Positions 54,817-64,000 of a DNA stretch of 64,000 bases are shown here, piece after piece (position 1 is the first letter of the stretch; each line of letters starts with the position of its first letter). A program made the position numbers and the translations under genes. Source of the stretch: Minisyncoccota bacterium (lineage in GTDB: Bacteria; Patescibacteriota; Minisyncoccia; Minisyncoccales; JAQTVQ01); contig JAQTVQ010000002.1 of NCBI GenBank assembly GCA_028706715.1, positions 3,510-67,509 of the forward strand. The letters are read 5' to 3'. Under the pieces are notes generated by a model. It did no database searches, had not been told where the DNA came from, and saw only the letters and a list, made by a program, of their open reading frames with translations.

Positions 54817-55920
54817 TTAACTCTGCCGGCTGATAATGTTCAAAATCTCTTTTTTGGCTTGGCCTAAATCCGCGACGGGAGAAGTGAAAAGGACTCCTTT
54901 GCCTCTTCTTTTTCCTTTAAGCTCTTTTTCCGATTTTTCAACAATATCTTCGTTTTCAGAATAAAAAACTCCGGCGATTTTTTTTGGGCTGCTTTGGCCT
55001 CTTTCCTCCCATAAAAAAAGAAAAGAAGGGACATTAACGGCGTCTTTGATCTCCTTTATAACGGCTCCAAGGCTTTTTGGAGAAGTTTTTGTCTTCTCAA
55101 AGTCTTTTTCAGTCAAAGAGACGGAGAAAAAAGAACCGTTTTCGCTGATTTCCATTTTTTTGAAAATTTCGGAAAGAAGCTCGCGGTATTCGTTGTCCGT
55201 CCACAAAGAAAAATCCGCTTTTTCTTTTGCTAGCCAGCTTAAAAACGGCAAAGACCTTTGATATGAGTCTTCTTTGGCGCCGTCCAAGAAGCCGTATAGA
55301 AGAGAGCTGGCGGACTTTTCGTTGACAAGCCCTAAATTTTTTAAAAAATAAGCGCAAATACGGGACAGAGAATTATCTTTTTTAACTAAATTGAAATCAG
55401 CGTATTTTTGGTTGAGGCCGGACCTGCCGATGTTAATAATTTTTATTTGAGGCAAAGAAAGCTCCGGATTTTTTTCAGCCGCCTTTTCAACATCCTGAAA
55501 ATTTTCCAGTCCCAAAGCTATTAAAAGGTCTGCGGGAGCTTCTTGATCTTCCGCGGAAGGAAGCGTTTGCCCTTGAGAAAACGGCACAGTCTTAAAAGAA
55601 AAGTCTTCCAGGCTGATTTCTCCTTCTTTCGGAGCTATATATAAGTTAACTTTTTCTCCTTTTTTTTCATAATAAACTTCAGATATGTTTTTTTTAAAAG
55701 ATATTAAAAAAGTTTTTTGCGGTGATCTTTCCTTAAAAGAGAAGATGCTTTCCGGAGCTTTTGGAAGAAAAGGGATGTTTACAATTTTATCAATATTTTT
55801 TAAACTGAAAAAAAGCGCCAAAACGGCCCCTGAAATATCCCGGTTCAGATTGCTTTGCGTAAGAATAGTTATTCTTTTTGCGCTTTTTACAGCTTCTTTT
55901 ATCCCTTTAAAGTCGTCCAT
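54817..55920 (-). CDS. Hypothetical protein, possibly a degenerate DHH-like fold
   Basis: The N-terminus ITILTQSNLNRDISGAVLAL loosely resembles the NrnA motif I, but the catalytic DHH is absent. Confidence 0.25.
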   Translation of the reverse strand: MDDFKGIKEAVKSAKRITILTQSNLNRDISGAVLALFFSLKNIDKIVNIPFLPKAPESIFSFKERSPQKTFLISFKKNISEVYYEKKGEKVNLYIAPKEGEISLEDFSFKTVPFSQGQTLPSAEDQEAPADLLIALGLENFQDVEKAAEKNPELSLPQIKIINIGRSGLNQKYADFNLVKKDNSLSRICAYFLKNLGLVNEKSASSLLYGFLDGAKEDSYQRSLPFLSWLAKEKADFSLWTDNEYRELLSEIFKKMEISENGSFFSVSLTEKDFEKTKTSPKSLGAVIKEIKDAVNVPSFLFLWEERGQSSPKKIAGVFYSENEDIVEKSEKELKGKRRGKGVLFTSPVADLGQAKKEILNIISRQS

Positions 55921-55970
55921 AAGCTTAATCCAAGCTACTTTATTTCCGCTTAAAAGTCAATTTAAAAATC

Positions 55971-56516
55971 TTGCCTGAAACAAAGAAAAATCCGATGCAA
56001 ATTGAAACGGCCGGGCACAAAAAAACACAAGAGCTCGGCAAAATTTTTGCTCAAGAAATTTTAAGAAAAGAGCCGCAAGGGAAAGCGGTTGTTTTGGCCT
56101 TAACAGGAGATCTCGGAGGGGGAAAAACCACTTTTTGCCAAGGGATTGCCAAAGGGCTTGGAGTAAAGAATAAAATTACAAGCCCCACTTTCAATATTTT
56201 CAAAAAATTCAAGATCCCCCTATATGGAAGAGGGGCCTTCCAAAAAAAGAAATTCCAGTATTTTTATCATTTTGACTGCTACCGTCTTTTGGGGCCGAAA
56301 GATTTAAAAGAGCTAGGATTTAAAGATATTGTTTCTTCTCCTGAAAATGTCGTTTTGCTGGAGTGGGCGGAAAAGGTGGAAAAAGCCCTGCCCAAAGACT
56401 CTGTTTGGCTGCATTTTGATTTTGCCGGCAAAACCAAAAGAAAAATATTGCTGGATAAAAAAAGAGAAAAAGAACCAAAAGGAACCTCCCGGCGGCAAAA
56501 AGTTAAAAAGCCATAA
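55971..56516 (+). CDS. tsaE: tRNA t6A37 biosynthesis ATPase TsaE (YjeE)
   Basis: LALTGDLGGGKTTFCQGIAKGLG...SPTFNI...YHFDCYRL. A basic C-terminal extension follows. Confidence 0.75.
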   Translation: MPETKKNPMQIETAGHKKTQELGKIFAQEILRKEPQGKAVVLALTGDLGGGKTTFCQGIAKGLGVKNKITSPTFNIFKKFKIPLYGRGAFQKKKFQYFYHFDCYRLLGPKDLKELGFKDIVSSPENVVLLEWAEKVEKALPKDSVWLHFDFAGKTKRKILLDKKREKEPKGTSRRQKVKKP

Positions 56517-56530
56517 GCGATTTTGAAGCT

Positions 56531-57478
56531 ATGGACAAAAAAACCAACGAGAAGCTGTTAATCATTGACGGAAACGCGATAATCCATCGCGCTTATCACG
56601 CGTTGCCTCCTTTGACCAATAAAAAGGGCCGCCCTACGGGTGCGGCTTACGGATTTTTGCTTGCCTTTTTCAAGTCTTTAAATGATTTTAAGCCCGAGTA
56701 TTTGGTTTCTTGCTTTGATTTTCCCGCTCCTAATTTTAGAATGGAAATAAGCAAGGATTATAAGGCAAATCGGCAAAAAGCAGATCCGGAGCTATACGAG
56801 CAGATCCCCCTCGTCAAAAAAATCTTAGAAGCTTTGGGCGTAAAGATCTTTGAAGAAAAAGGATTTGAGGCGGACGATTTGATCGGCGCCGTAGCAAAAA
56901 AATGCATGGGAAAAAATTCTTTGGATAAAATTATTTTAAGCGGAGATCATGACGTTTTACAGCTGGTTGATAAAAACACTTTTGCCTGCCTCCTTAAGCA
57001 GGGGATTAAGGATTCGGCGCTTTTTGACGAAGAATCCGTAAAAGAGAAATATGGCATAGCTCCTTCCCAACTCGTTGATTATAAGGCTTTGAGAGGAGAT
57101 CCGTCGGACAATATTTCCGGAGTGAAAGGAATAGGTCCGAAAACCGCCGCAATGCTTCTTCAAAAATTCCAAAACTTAGAAAATCTTTACGAGGCGATTG
57201 AAAAGAATACGGAATCCGCGGGAGATATAAGCAAGAAAACAAAAGAGATGCTTTTGTCTCAAAAAGAGCAATGTTTTAAAAGCAGAATTCTTTCAAAAAT
57301 TGAAGCAGACACGCCGATTAGCTTCAGCCTTGAAGAATGCAGAAGGCAAGAAGAAAGAGAGGGCGAGGCGGAAGCGCTGGAAAAATTTGAATTTTTTAAC
57401 TTGGCAAAAAGGCTAAGAGAAGAAAAGGCGGAAGAGAAAGAGCGAAAAAGTTTTAAAAAAAATTTGGAATTGTGGTAA
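56531..57478 (+). CDS. 5'-3' exonuclease (Pol I N-terminal/FEN-like domain, stand-alone)
   Basis: LLIIDGNAIIHRAYHALP...GIGPKTAAMLL. Confidence 0.8.
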   Translation: MDKKTNEKLLIIDGNAIIHRAYHALPPLTNKKGRPTGAAYGFLLAFFKSLNDFKPEYLVSCFDFPAPNFRMEISKDYKANRQKADPELYEQIPLVKKILEALGVKIFEEKGFEADDLIGAVAKKCMGKNSLDKIILSGDHDVLQLVDKNTFACLLKQGIKDSALFDEESVKEKYGIAPSQLVDYKALRGDPSDNISGVKGIGPKTAAMLLQKFQNLENLYEAIEKNTESAGDISKKTKEMLLSQKEQCFKSRILSKIEADTPISFSLEECRRQEEREGEAEALEKFEFFNLAKRLREEKAEEKERKSFKKNLELW

Positions 57479-57518
57479 CATAAGATAGGAATTAATTTAT
57501 TTTTAAAGGAAATAAAAA

Positions 57519-58532
57519 ATGAAGTTCAGCTCTTTATATTTAAAAATACTCAGCGGAATAATTTTTTTCTGTTTTTTGATATTCGCGCTGATTTTTTATT
57601 TGATAGTTCTTTATCAAAAAGAAGCTTTTTTTGACTTCGCCAAATCACAGGCTTATTCTTCTTCAATCCATTTACAGACCGTGTTTTCCCAATCCAAAGA
57701 TGTTGCCGATAAAACAAAAGTGCAGGAGCTTGTTTATAGCTTAAGCTCCTCCTATCCAAGCTTGACGAAAATAGATGTCAACCTAATGCAAGAAGGAAAG
57801 CTGATAACATCCGCTTCTTTGGATTTTGAAAAAGTGGGGAAAGAGGCAAATATTGAAAATTATGAAGTTTTCCATAGGGGAAAGGCAGAAACAGAAGAAT
57901 TTTTTTCTTCCGTTTTCAGCAAAGATAAAAGCTTCTTTAAAGTCATTTTACCGGTTAAGCTTTCCGGCGCTATTTACGGCACTTACGAAATAGTCGCTTT
58001 TCCGGACAAATTTTCCAGCTCCTTTGAGATTGTCCAAGGGAAGATAATGCAGACCATGTTGCTTGGGGTGGCTCTTTTAGCTTTGGTTTTGTTTTTGTTT
58101 TTGGACTCCTTGGTCTTAAGGCCCATTAAAAAATTGGAAAAAGGGGTGGATTTTTTCTCCAAGGGGAAATTTGACTATAAGATTGAAGAAAAAGGGCTTG
58201 ACGAATTTAGCGGCTTGGCAAAAAAGCTTAACGAAATGTCAAAAGAGCTTTATAAATCTTATGATTCTTTAGAAGAAGCCATAGATCAAAGGACGAAAGA
58301 ACTGGAAGAAGCAAGGGCGGTTTTGGAGATTAAAGTTTCTGCGAGAACCAGGCAGCTTCAAGAAATGAATAATATGCTGGAAGACCAAGTTAGAGAACAA
58401 ACCAAGGAGCTTCAAAAAAAGATTAAAGAATTGGAAAAATTTAACAAGCTGATGATAGACAGGGAATTGAGAATGGTTGAACTAAAAAAAGAGCTGAAAA
58501 AATTTAAAGACTCTGAAAATAATAAAAGGTAA
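57519..58532 (+). CDS. Membrane sensor module (two TM helices, periplasmic loop, HAMP and coiled coil) with no kinase domain
   Basis: TM1, ~150-aa loop, TM2, HAMP-like LVLRPIKKLEKGVDFFSKGKFDYKIEEKGLDEFSGLAKKLNEM, then a coiled coil. A TAA follows in the same frame as the downstream kinase. Confidence 0.5.
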   Translation: MKFSSLYLKILSGIIFFCFLIFALIFYLIVLYQKEAFFDFAKSQAYSSSIHLQTVFSQSKDVADKTKVQELVYSLSSSYPSLTKIDVNLMQEGKLITSASLDFEKVGKEANIENYEVFHRGKAETEEFFSSVFSKDKSFFKVILPVKLSGAIYGTYEIVAFPDKFSSSFEIVQGKIMQTMLLGVALLALVLFLFLDSLVLRPIKKLEKGVDFFSKGKFDYKIEEKGLDEFSGLAKKLNEMSKELYKSYDSLEEAIDQRTKELEEARAVLEIKVSARTRQLQEMNNMLEDQVREQTKELQKKIKELEKFNKLMIDRELRMVELKKELKKFKDSENNKR

Positions 58533-58538
58533 ACCAAT

Positions 58539-59738
58539 ATGGAAGAAGAAAAAGATTTAACTTCCAACGAAGACCCCAAAGAAAAAAATCTTCATCAAGA
58601 AACGGAAGGAGAGCTTAGGCATGCCCGCAGCGCTTTGTTGAATATTTTGGACGATACGGAAGCGGCAAGAAAAGTGGCGGTGGAAGAAAGAAACAAAACA
58701 CTGGCTATTATCCAAAACTTTTCTGATGCGATTTTGGTTTTTAACGAAAACAATATTTTGGAGCTGATTAATCCTTTGGCGGAAGAATACCTGGGAGAGA
58801 AAAAAGAAAATTTAATAGGCAAAAAGGCGGAAGATCTTTTGGCTTCTCCCAAAACTAAATTATTTATGGAATTTTTGGAAGTTTCCAAAGGCTCGCCGAT
58901 TAAGCAGGTGTTTAGAAAGGAATTTATGGCGCGGCCTGATTTTTATCTTGAGATTACTTCATTGATGCTGATTATGGATTCCAAAATGAAAGGAACGCTG
59001 TTGGTTTTGCATGATATTACGAGAGAGAAGAATATTGAAAAAATGAAAACGGAATTTGTTTCCATCTCCGCCCATCAGCTTCGCACTCCTCTCTCGGCGA
59101 TAAAATGGACATTAAGAATGATTCTTGACGAGGATGTAGGAGGCATTACTCCCGAACAGAGAGAGGTTCTGCAAAAAAGCTATGCCAGCAACGAAAGAAT
59201 GATAAACCTTGTTAACGACCTTTTGAACGTTACCCGCATAGAAGAAGGCCGCTTTTTGTATAAATTGGAGGCGGCGCAGCTAGAAGACTTGGCCCAAACA
59301 AGCATTGATAACTTGCAGGAGGAAATAAAAAGAAAAGGAGCTTCGGTGGTTCTTGTCAAAGAGAATTTTCCTCTTCCTTCCGTAAAGATAGACAAAGAGA
59401 AAATGAAACTGGTTTTAGATAACCTGATTACCAATGCTTTGAAATACAACAAGAACAAAAGCGGAAAAGTGGAAGTTTTTATGGAAGACAATGAAGGAAA
59501 AGAGATTCGGGTGCAGGTAAAAGACAACGGACTTGGGATCCCTCAAAAGCAGCAATCCAGGATTTTTACAAAATTTTTCAGAGGAGAAAATGTTGTCAGG
59601 CTGGAAGTTGACGGTTCCGGGCTTGGTCTTTATACTACCAAAAATATAATTGAAGCCCACGGAGGAAAGATTTGGTTTGAATCGGAAGAAGGAAAAGGCA
59701 CTTCGTTTTACTTTACCGTCCCCATCAAAAAAGAATAA
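58539..59738 (+). CDS. Histidine kinase (PAS, HisKA and HATPase_c domains), cytoplasmic
   Basis: H-box SAHQLRTPLSAIKW. N/G boxes DNGLGIP...GSGLGLY...GGKIWFESEEGKGTSF. Confidence 0.8.
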   Translation: MEEEKDLTSNEDPKEKNLHQETEGELRHARSALLNILDDTEAARKVAVEERNKTLAIIQNFSDAILVFNENNILELINPLAEEYLGEKKENLIGKKAEDLLASPKTKLFMEFLEVSKGSPIKQVFRKEFMARPDFYLEITSLMLIMDSKMKGTLLVLHDITREKNIEKMKTEFVSISAHQLRTPLSAIKWTLRMILDEDVGGITPEQREVLQKSYASNERMINLVNDLLNVTRIEEGRFLYKLEAAQLEDLAQTSIDNLQEEIKRKGASVVLVKENFPLPSVKIDKEKMKLVLDNLITNALKYNKNKSGKVEVFMEDNEGKEIRVQVKDNGLGIPQKQQSRIFTKFFRGENVVRLEVDGSGLGLYTTKNIIEAHGGKIWFESEEGKGTSFYFTVPIKKE

Positions 59739-59806
59739 AGATGTGGATAAAAAAGTTGATTTAAAGAATAAAAAAGAAGTAAGATACAATAACAACCTTA
59801 AATTTT

Positions 59807-60178
59807 ATGGCAAAAAAAATTCTGATAATTGAAGATGAAGAAATAATGATGAATCTGCTTGAAAAAAAGCTGAAGGGGGCGGGTTACGACATAACAACAG
59901 CAAAAAACGGCCAAGAAGGATTGGACATATTGCAAACCAAAATTTTTGACTTGATATTGTCAGATATTATTATGCCGAGAATGGGAGGATTGGAGCTGAT
60001 GGAAAAAATAAGCCGCGATACGAGGCTTAAGAATATTCCTATCATTGTTGTTTCCAATTCCGGCCAGCCGGTAGAAATAGATCAGGCTAAAAAATTCGGA
60101 GCAAAAGACTGGCTGGTCAAAACAGAATTTGATCCTCAAGAAGTAATTTTTAAAGTAAAAAGAATTTTAGGGGAATAA
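59807..60178 (+). CDS. Single-domain response regulator (receiver only)
   Basis: KILIIEDEE...LILSDIIMPRMGGLEL...KDWLVK. Confidence 0.8.
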   Translation: MAKKILIIEDEEIMMNLLEKKLKGAGYDITTAKNGQEGLDILQTKIFDLILSDIIMPRMGGLELMEKISRDTRLKNIPIIVVSNSGQPVEIDQAKKFGAKDWLVKTEFDPQEVIFKVKRILGE

Positions 60179-60222
60179 TCCTTTTTAATCCCAAAAAATA
60201 ATTAATTTTTCCCAACCAAGAT

Positions 60223-60591
60223 ATGCCTCACAAAATTTTACTAGTAGAAGACGATCGTTTTTTAAGGGAGCTTATGAGCCAAAAGATTATAAAGATGGGA
60301 GACGATTTGACTGTCGCCGTTGACGGGGAAGAAGGAGTAGTGAAGGCGAAAGAAGTAAAACCGGAAATTATTTTGCTGGACTTGATGCTTCCCGGGATTG
60401 ACGGATTTGGAGTTCTTTCCCAAATTAAGGCTGATCCGGAGACGGCGGAAATTCCCGTCATTATTCTTTCCAATCTCGGACAAAGAGAAGACATAGACAG
60501 AGCCTTAAAACTTGGAGCTACCGATTTTTTGGTAAAAGCCCATTTCACTCCCCAGGAAATTATTGACAAAATAGACCAATATTTAAAATAA
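60223..60591 (+). CDS. Single-domain response regulator (receiver only), second copy
   Basis: KILLVEDDRFLREL...ILLDLMLPGIDGF...TDFLVK. Confidence 0.8.
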   Translation: MPHKILLVEDDRFLRELMSQKIIKMGDDLTVAVDGEEGVVKAKEVKPEIILLDLMLPGIDGFGVLSQIKADPETAEIPVIILSNLGQREDIDRALKLGATDFLVKAHFTPQEIIDKIDQYLK

Positions 60592-60599
60592 CCGATTAA

Positions 60600-61475
60600 T
60601 TGATGCCGGAGCTTCCAGAAGTGGAAACAATCGTTAGAGATTTAAGATTAAAGGTCCTTCAAAGGACCTTTATTGATATTTGGACCGACGCCGAAAAACT
60701 AATCAAATTTCCTGCTTTTCCTAAATTTAAAAAAGAAATTATCGGGCTAAAGGTAGAAGGCGTCAATCGCAGAGGGAAAAACATCATCTTTGAATTATCA
60801 GAGAGGAGGATCCTTTTGGTTCATTTGAAAATGACAGGGCATTTATTGCTGGGAAAATGGAGAAAGACGGGAGCTCTTTGGAGATCCGAAGTTTCGGGCC
60901 CTATGCAAGACGACCCGACGAACAGATTTCTTCACTTAATTTTTTGGCTTGACAGCGGCCAAATGATTGCCTTGTCCGATATGCGTAAATTTGCCAAAGT
61001 AGAATTGCGGAAGGCAAGCGAATTTTATTCCTCAAAATATTTTAAAGATTTGGGTCCGGAGCCTTTGAGCAAAAGTTTTTCTTCTAAAGAACTTGGAGAA
61101 AGGATCCAAAAAAGAAAAAGGAAGATAAAACAAATTCTTATGGATCAAAGCGTAATAGCCGGAATAGGGAACATCTATGCCGATGAAATTTTATGGCAGG
61201 CGAAAATTAGCCCCTTCAGGCCGGCCGAAAGCCTTTCCTTTTGGGAAGTAGAAGACCTTTGTTCCGCAATGAAAGAAGTGTTAAAAAAGGCTGTCGCAGC
61301 CAAGGGATCCAGCGTATCCGATTACAGGACCCTTTCGGGAGAAAAAGGAAAGTTTCAGGAAATTAGAAAAGTTTATCGCAAAGAAGGAGAAAGATGTCCT
61401 AAATGCGGAGAAAAAATAAAAAGGCAAAAGATAGGGGGAAGGTCGGCGCATTTTTGTCCAAAATGCCAAAAATAG
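60600..61475 (+). CDS. mutM: Formamidopyrimidine-DNA glycosylase
   Basis: MPELPEVE N-terminus and the C-terminal zinc finger CPKCGEKI...CPKCQK. Confidence 0.85.
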   Translation: MMPELPEVETIVRDLRLKVLQRTFIDIWTDAEKLIKFPAFPKFKKEIIGLKVEGVNRRGKNIIFELSERRILLVHLKMTGHLLLGKWRKTGALWRSEVSGPMQDDPTNRFLHLIFWLDSGQMIALSDMRKFAKVELRKASEFYSSKYFKDLGPEPLSKSFSSKELGERIQKRKRKIKQILMDQSVIAGIGNIYADEILWQAKISPFRPAESLSFWEVEDLCSAMKEVLKKAVAAKGSSVSDYRTLSGEKGKFQEIRKVYRKEGERCPKCGEKIKRQKIGGRSAHFCPKCQK

Positions 61476-61505
61476 CGCAAAAATTGATTATAACTTTTAT
61501 TATTT

Positions 61506-62462
61506 ATGATTATTCTTTTATACGGTCCGGATACTTATAGGAGCAAGCAAAAGCTCAAAGAAATTATTGAAGGATACAAAAAAGCCCACAAGAGCGGGTT
61601 AAATTTAAGCATTGTTGAAGGAAAGGACTTGTCTTTTCAAGAGATAAAAAACAAAACGCAGTCCGTTTCAATGTTTAAGGAAAAAAAATTAATTATAATT
61701 AAAAATTCTTTAGGCGGCAATAAAAAATTCAAAGAAGATTTTTTGGCAAACAAAGACAGCTTTTTAAAGACAGAAGACATTTTCGTTTTTTTTGAAGAGG
61801 GAAGCCTCCCCGCCAAAGACGCTTTAGCGGATTTTTTGAAGAAAAAAGCGGCAAAAAGCCAGGAGTTTTCTTTTTTGTCGGGGACTCGCCTTAAGGAATG
61901 GATACGAAAAGAGCTGGAAAAATACCAAGCTTCGGCGGAAGGCCTTGCGGTTGAAAAGCTTGGCGTTGACGTTGGCGGAGATCTTTGGCAAATGTCTAAT
62001 GAGATAAGCAAACTGGCAAGTTTCAAAAAGGGAGAAAAGATAACCGTTGAAGATGTTAATCTGCTTGTGAGGCCGAAAGTTGAAGCGGATATTTTTAAAA
62101 CAGTTGATTTTATCGCAAAAAAAGACAAAAAAAGCGCGCTCCTTTTGGTTAAAAAACATTTGGAGAAAGGGGAGTCTCCTTTCTATATTTTTTCAATGAT
62201 TAATTTTCAGTTTAGAAACTTGCTTATCGTTAAAGCAAAAAGCGAAGAAGAAAAAGAGGCCGTCCAAGGAAATCCTAATTCTTGGGCGAAAGAGCTCGGG
62301 ATGCATCCTTTTGTTTTTAGAAAAGCTCTTTCCCAGTCAAAATACTTTAAAATGGAAGATCTCAAAAAAATTTATCGGAATATTTTTAAAATAGATTTGG
62401 CAACAAAAACCGGAGAGTTGTCTCCGGAGATTGCTTTAGATATTTTTATTGCCCAGCTTTGA
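61506..62462 (+). CDS. holA: DNA polymerase III delta subunit
   Basis: MIILLYGPDTY... 318 aa, typical delta architecture. Confidence 0.65.
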   Translation: MIILLYGPDTYRSKQKLKEIIEGYKKAHKSGLNLSIVEGKDLSFQEIKNKTQSVSMFKEKKLIIIKNSLGGNKKFKEDFLANKDSFLKTEDIFVFFEEGSLPAKDALADFLKKKAAKSQEFSFLSGTRLKEWIRKELEKYQASAEGLAVEKLGVDVGGDLWQMSNEISKLASFKKGEKITVEDVNLLVRPKVEADIFKTVDFIAKKDKKSALLLVKKHLEKGESPFYIFSMINFQFRNLLIVKAKSEEEKEAVQGNPNSWAKELGMHPFVFRKALSQSKYFKMEDLKKIYRNIFKIDLATKTGELSPEIALDIFIAQL

Positions 62463-62463
62463 T

Positions 62464-62730
62464 CTATTTGCCGGTTTTGGCGACGAACTTTGAAATCCTT
62501 GATTTTCTTCGGCTGGCGTTGTTTTTTTTAATAACCCCGGCTTTTGCCGCTTTATCAAGAGCTTTATAAACTTGAGGAAGAACGGCTTTTAGCTCTTCCG
62601 TCTTTTTTTCGGCAGACAAAACTCTTACTTTTTTTAAAGATTCTTTAATTCTTTTTTTGTATTGCAAATTTCCGATCTTTCTTTTTTCGGACTGGCGGCG
62701 CGCTTTTTTGGCAGATGCTTTAATAGCCAT
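62464..62730 (-). CDS. rpsT: 30S ribosomal protein S20
   Basis: MAIKASAKKARRQSEKRK... Confidence 0.85.
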   Translation of the reverse strand: MAIKASAKKARRQSEKRKIGNLQYKKRIKESLKKVRVLSAEKKTEELKAVLPQVYKALDKAAKAGVIKKNNASRRKSRISKFVAKTGK

Positions 62731-62941
62731 AAGAGAATAAGCTAAAATTTATTTGATTTAACGATTAACTAACGGGGGAATAATAGCATAAAAGCCTAAA
62801 ATAGGCAACCTGTCCGAGGCTTTCCAATCCTCAATTTTCAATGAGCGTCTCAAATTTTGATATCCAAAATCTCGCCGCCGTCAGAAATCGCCGTTGGATC
62901 ATCCAATGTAAATTAGAACTTTTCGTGATATAATATATCCA

Positions 62942-63508
62942 ATGTTTAGCTACATCTCCGGCATTATTACAGATAAAGACGCCCGAAAAGCGGTTTTGGA
63001 AAATCGCGGCATCGGCTTTGAAATTTTTTGCTCGGCTAAAACTCTGGGAAAATTGATCATAGGAAAAGAAGCAAAAATATATGTCTTTTTGAACGTTAGC
63101 GAAAGAGCCTTGGATCTTTACGGCTTTTTGACGAAAACAGAAAAAGACTCTTTTGATGTTCTAAACAATGTTTCCGGAATCGGCCCTAAAATCGCTATGG
63201 GCCTTGCCTCTATCGGCTCAATGGAGAAAATTAAAGAAGATCTGGAAAAAGGAAAAGTTCCTTGCGACGTTAAAGGGCTGGGCCAAAAAAGACTGCAAAA
63301 AATTCTTTTAGAGCTGACAGGAAAGATTAAGGATATTTCCCGGAAAAGCGGAAAAAAATCAGAAGATCAAGACGATGCTCTAAGCGCTTTAATTTCTCTT
63401 GGTTTTCCCAGGCAGGAAGCCAAAGAAGCGTTGTCTTCCTTGCCGTTAGAGATAGAAGGAGCGAAAGAGAGAGTAAAGCAAGCCTTAAAAATATTAGGAG
63501 GAAAATAA
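62942..63508 (+). CDS. ruvA: Holliday junction DNA helicase RuvA
   Basis: MFSYISGIITDKD... HhH motifs GIGPKIAMGL. Confidence 0.85.
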   Translation: MFSYISGIITDKDARKAVLENRGIGFEIFCSAKTLGKLIIGKEAKIYVFLNVSERALDLYGFLTKTEKDSFDVLNNVSGIGPKIAMGLASIGSMEKIKEDLEKGKVPCDVKGLGQKRLQKILLELTGKIKDISRKSGKKSEDQDDALSALISLGFPRQEAKEALSSLPLEIEGAKERVKQALKILGGK

Positions 63509-63533
63509 AAGAACCGGAAGGAAAAATAAGCAA

Positions 63534-64000
63534 ATGACGATTAAAGGCTTAATTAAAAAAGCAGCGCCTAAATTTTTAATAAACTGGTATCATTTCGGGC
63601 TGGCTTTTTTAGGCGCGCTTGTTTATGGCTTCCCTTCCCGCCGGATGGAAGTTATAGGGGTAACCGGAACGAGCGGGAAGTCCACCGTTGTAAAGCTGGC
63701 TTCTGAAATTTACGAGGATGCCGGAATTCCTACGGCTTCAATCTCTTCAATAAGGTTTAGAATTAACGGCGAAGACACTCCGAACCTTTTGAAAATGACG
63801 ATGCCCGGACGATGGCGTATTCAAAAATTTTTAAAAGAAGCGGCAGACAAAGGGTGCAAAACGGCGATTATTGAGGTTACCTCCGAAGGCATCAAACAGC
63901 ACCGCCACAGGTTCATAAAATTTAAAACGGCTGTTTTTAACAATCTTGCGATGGAGCACATTGAATCTCACGGCAGTTTTGAAAAATACCGCAAGGCCAA
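63534..64000 (+). CDS. Mur ligase family protein (MurE/MurF-like), N-terminal part; continues beyond the window
   Basis: P-loop VIGVTGTSGKST, then the Mur ligase middle-domain start. Confidence 0.55.
   Translation, partial: MTIKGLIKKAAPKFLINWYHFGLAFLGALVYGFPSRRMEVIGVTGTSGKSTVVKLASEIYEDAGIPTASISSIRFRINGEDTPNLLKMTMPGRWRIQKFLKEAADKGCKTAIIEVTSEGIKQHRHRFIKFKTAVFNNLAMEHIESHGSFEKYRKA

Overview
This 64-kb window reads as a low-GC, compact bacterial chromosome region with many CPR/Patescibacteria-like traits: short genes, archaeal-type enzymes, few ribosome-binding sites. All annotation comes from reading the six-frame ORF translations and the nucleotide sequence by eye; no searches were run. Five things stand out. 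(1) A small defence islet sits next to a tRNA-Ala(CGC) at 997..1067: a 5'-truncated XRE-HTH gene remnant, a gamma-class NPPY N6-adenine DNA methyltransferase whose 3' end overlaps a putative restriction endonuclease by 44 nt, a GC-rich non-coding patch, and an AbiEii-like nucleotidyltransferase pair. A degenerate partial copy of the tRNA 5' half lies just upstream. (2) A long, same-strand lipid cluster runs from 5.9 to 21.5 kb: FakA, archaeal-type thiolase plus a DUF35-like zinc-ribbon protein, FabG, a FabZ-FabK fusion, a second FabK, PlsC, AccC-AccB-BirA-carboxyltransferase, FakB and PlsY. No FabH, FabF, FabD or acyl carrier protein gene is visible in the window. I raise the hypothesis that this is an ACP-independent, archaeal-like fatty-acid synthesis route. 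A conserved palindromic element recurs at two junctions inside this cluster. (3) tRNA-Arg and tRNA-Lys flank a small T4SS-pilin-like gene. From 31 to 42 kb there is a Gram-positive-type T4SS-like cluster: a VirB6-like protein, a PrgI/VirB3-like protein, a VirB4 split into two ORFs, and pilin-like N-domains fused to a C39-like cysteine peptidase and to large Cys-rich ectodomains. (4) The chromosomal origin is here: rpmH-rnpA-yidC-jag on the minus strand faces dnaA-dnaN, with perfect TTATCCACA DnaA boxes on both sides of dnaA. (5) Several genes look disrupted: an ornithine-cyclodeaminase-family gene with a -1 frameshift in an A-run, the split VirB4, and a HAMP sensor separated from its histidine kinase by a single in-frame TAA. 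Housekeeping genes (pnp, rpsO, rpsT, ruvABC, yebC, fpg, holA, ksgA, PBP1A, TyrRS, PilB-type ATPase) fill the rest.
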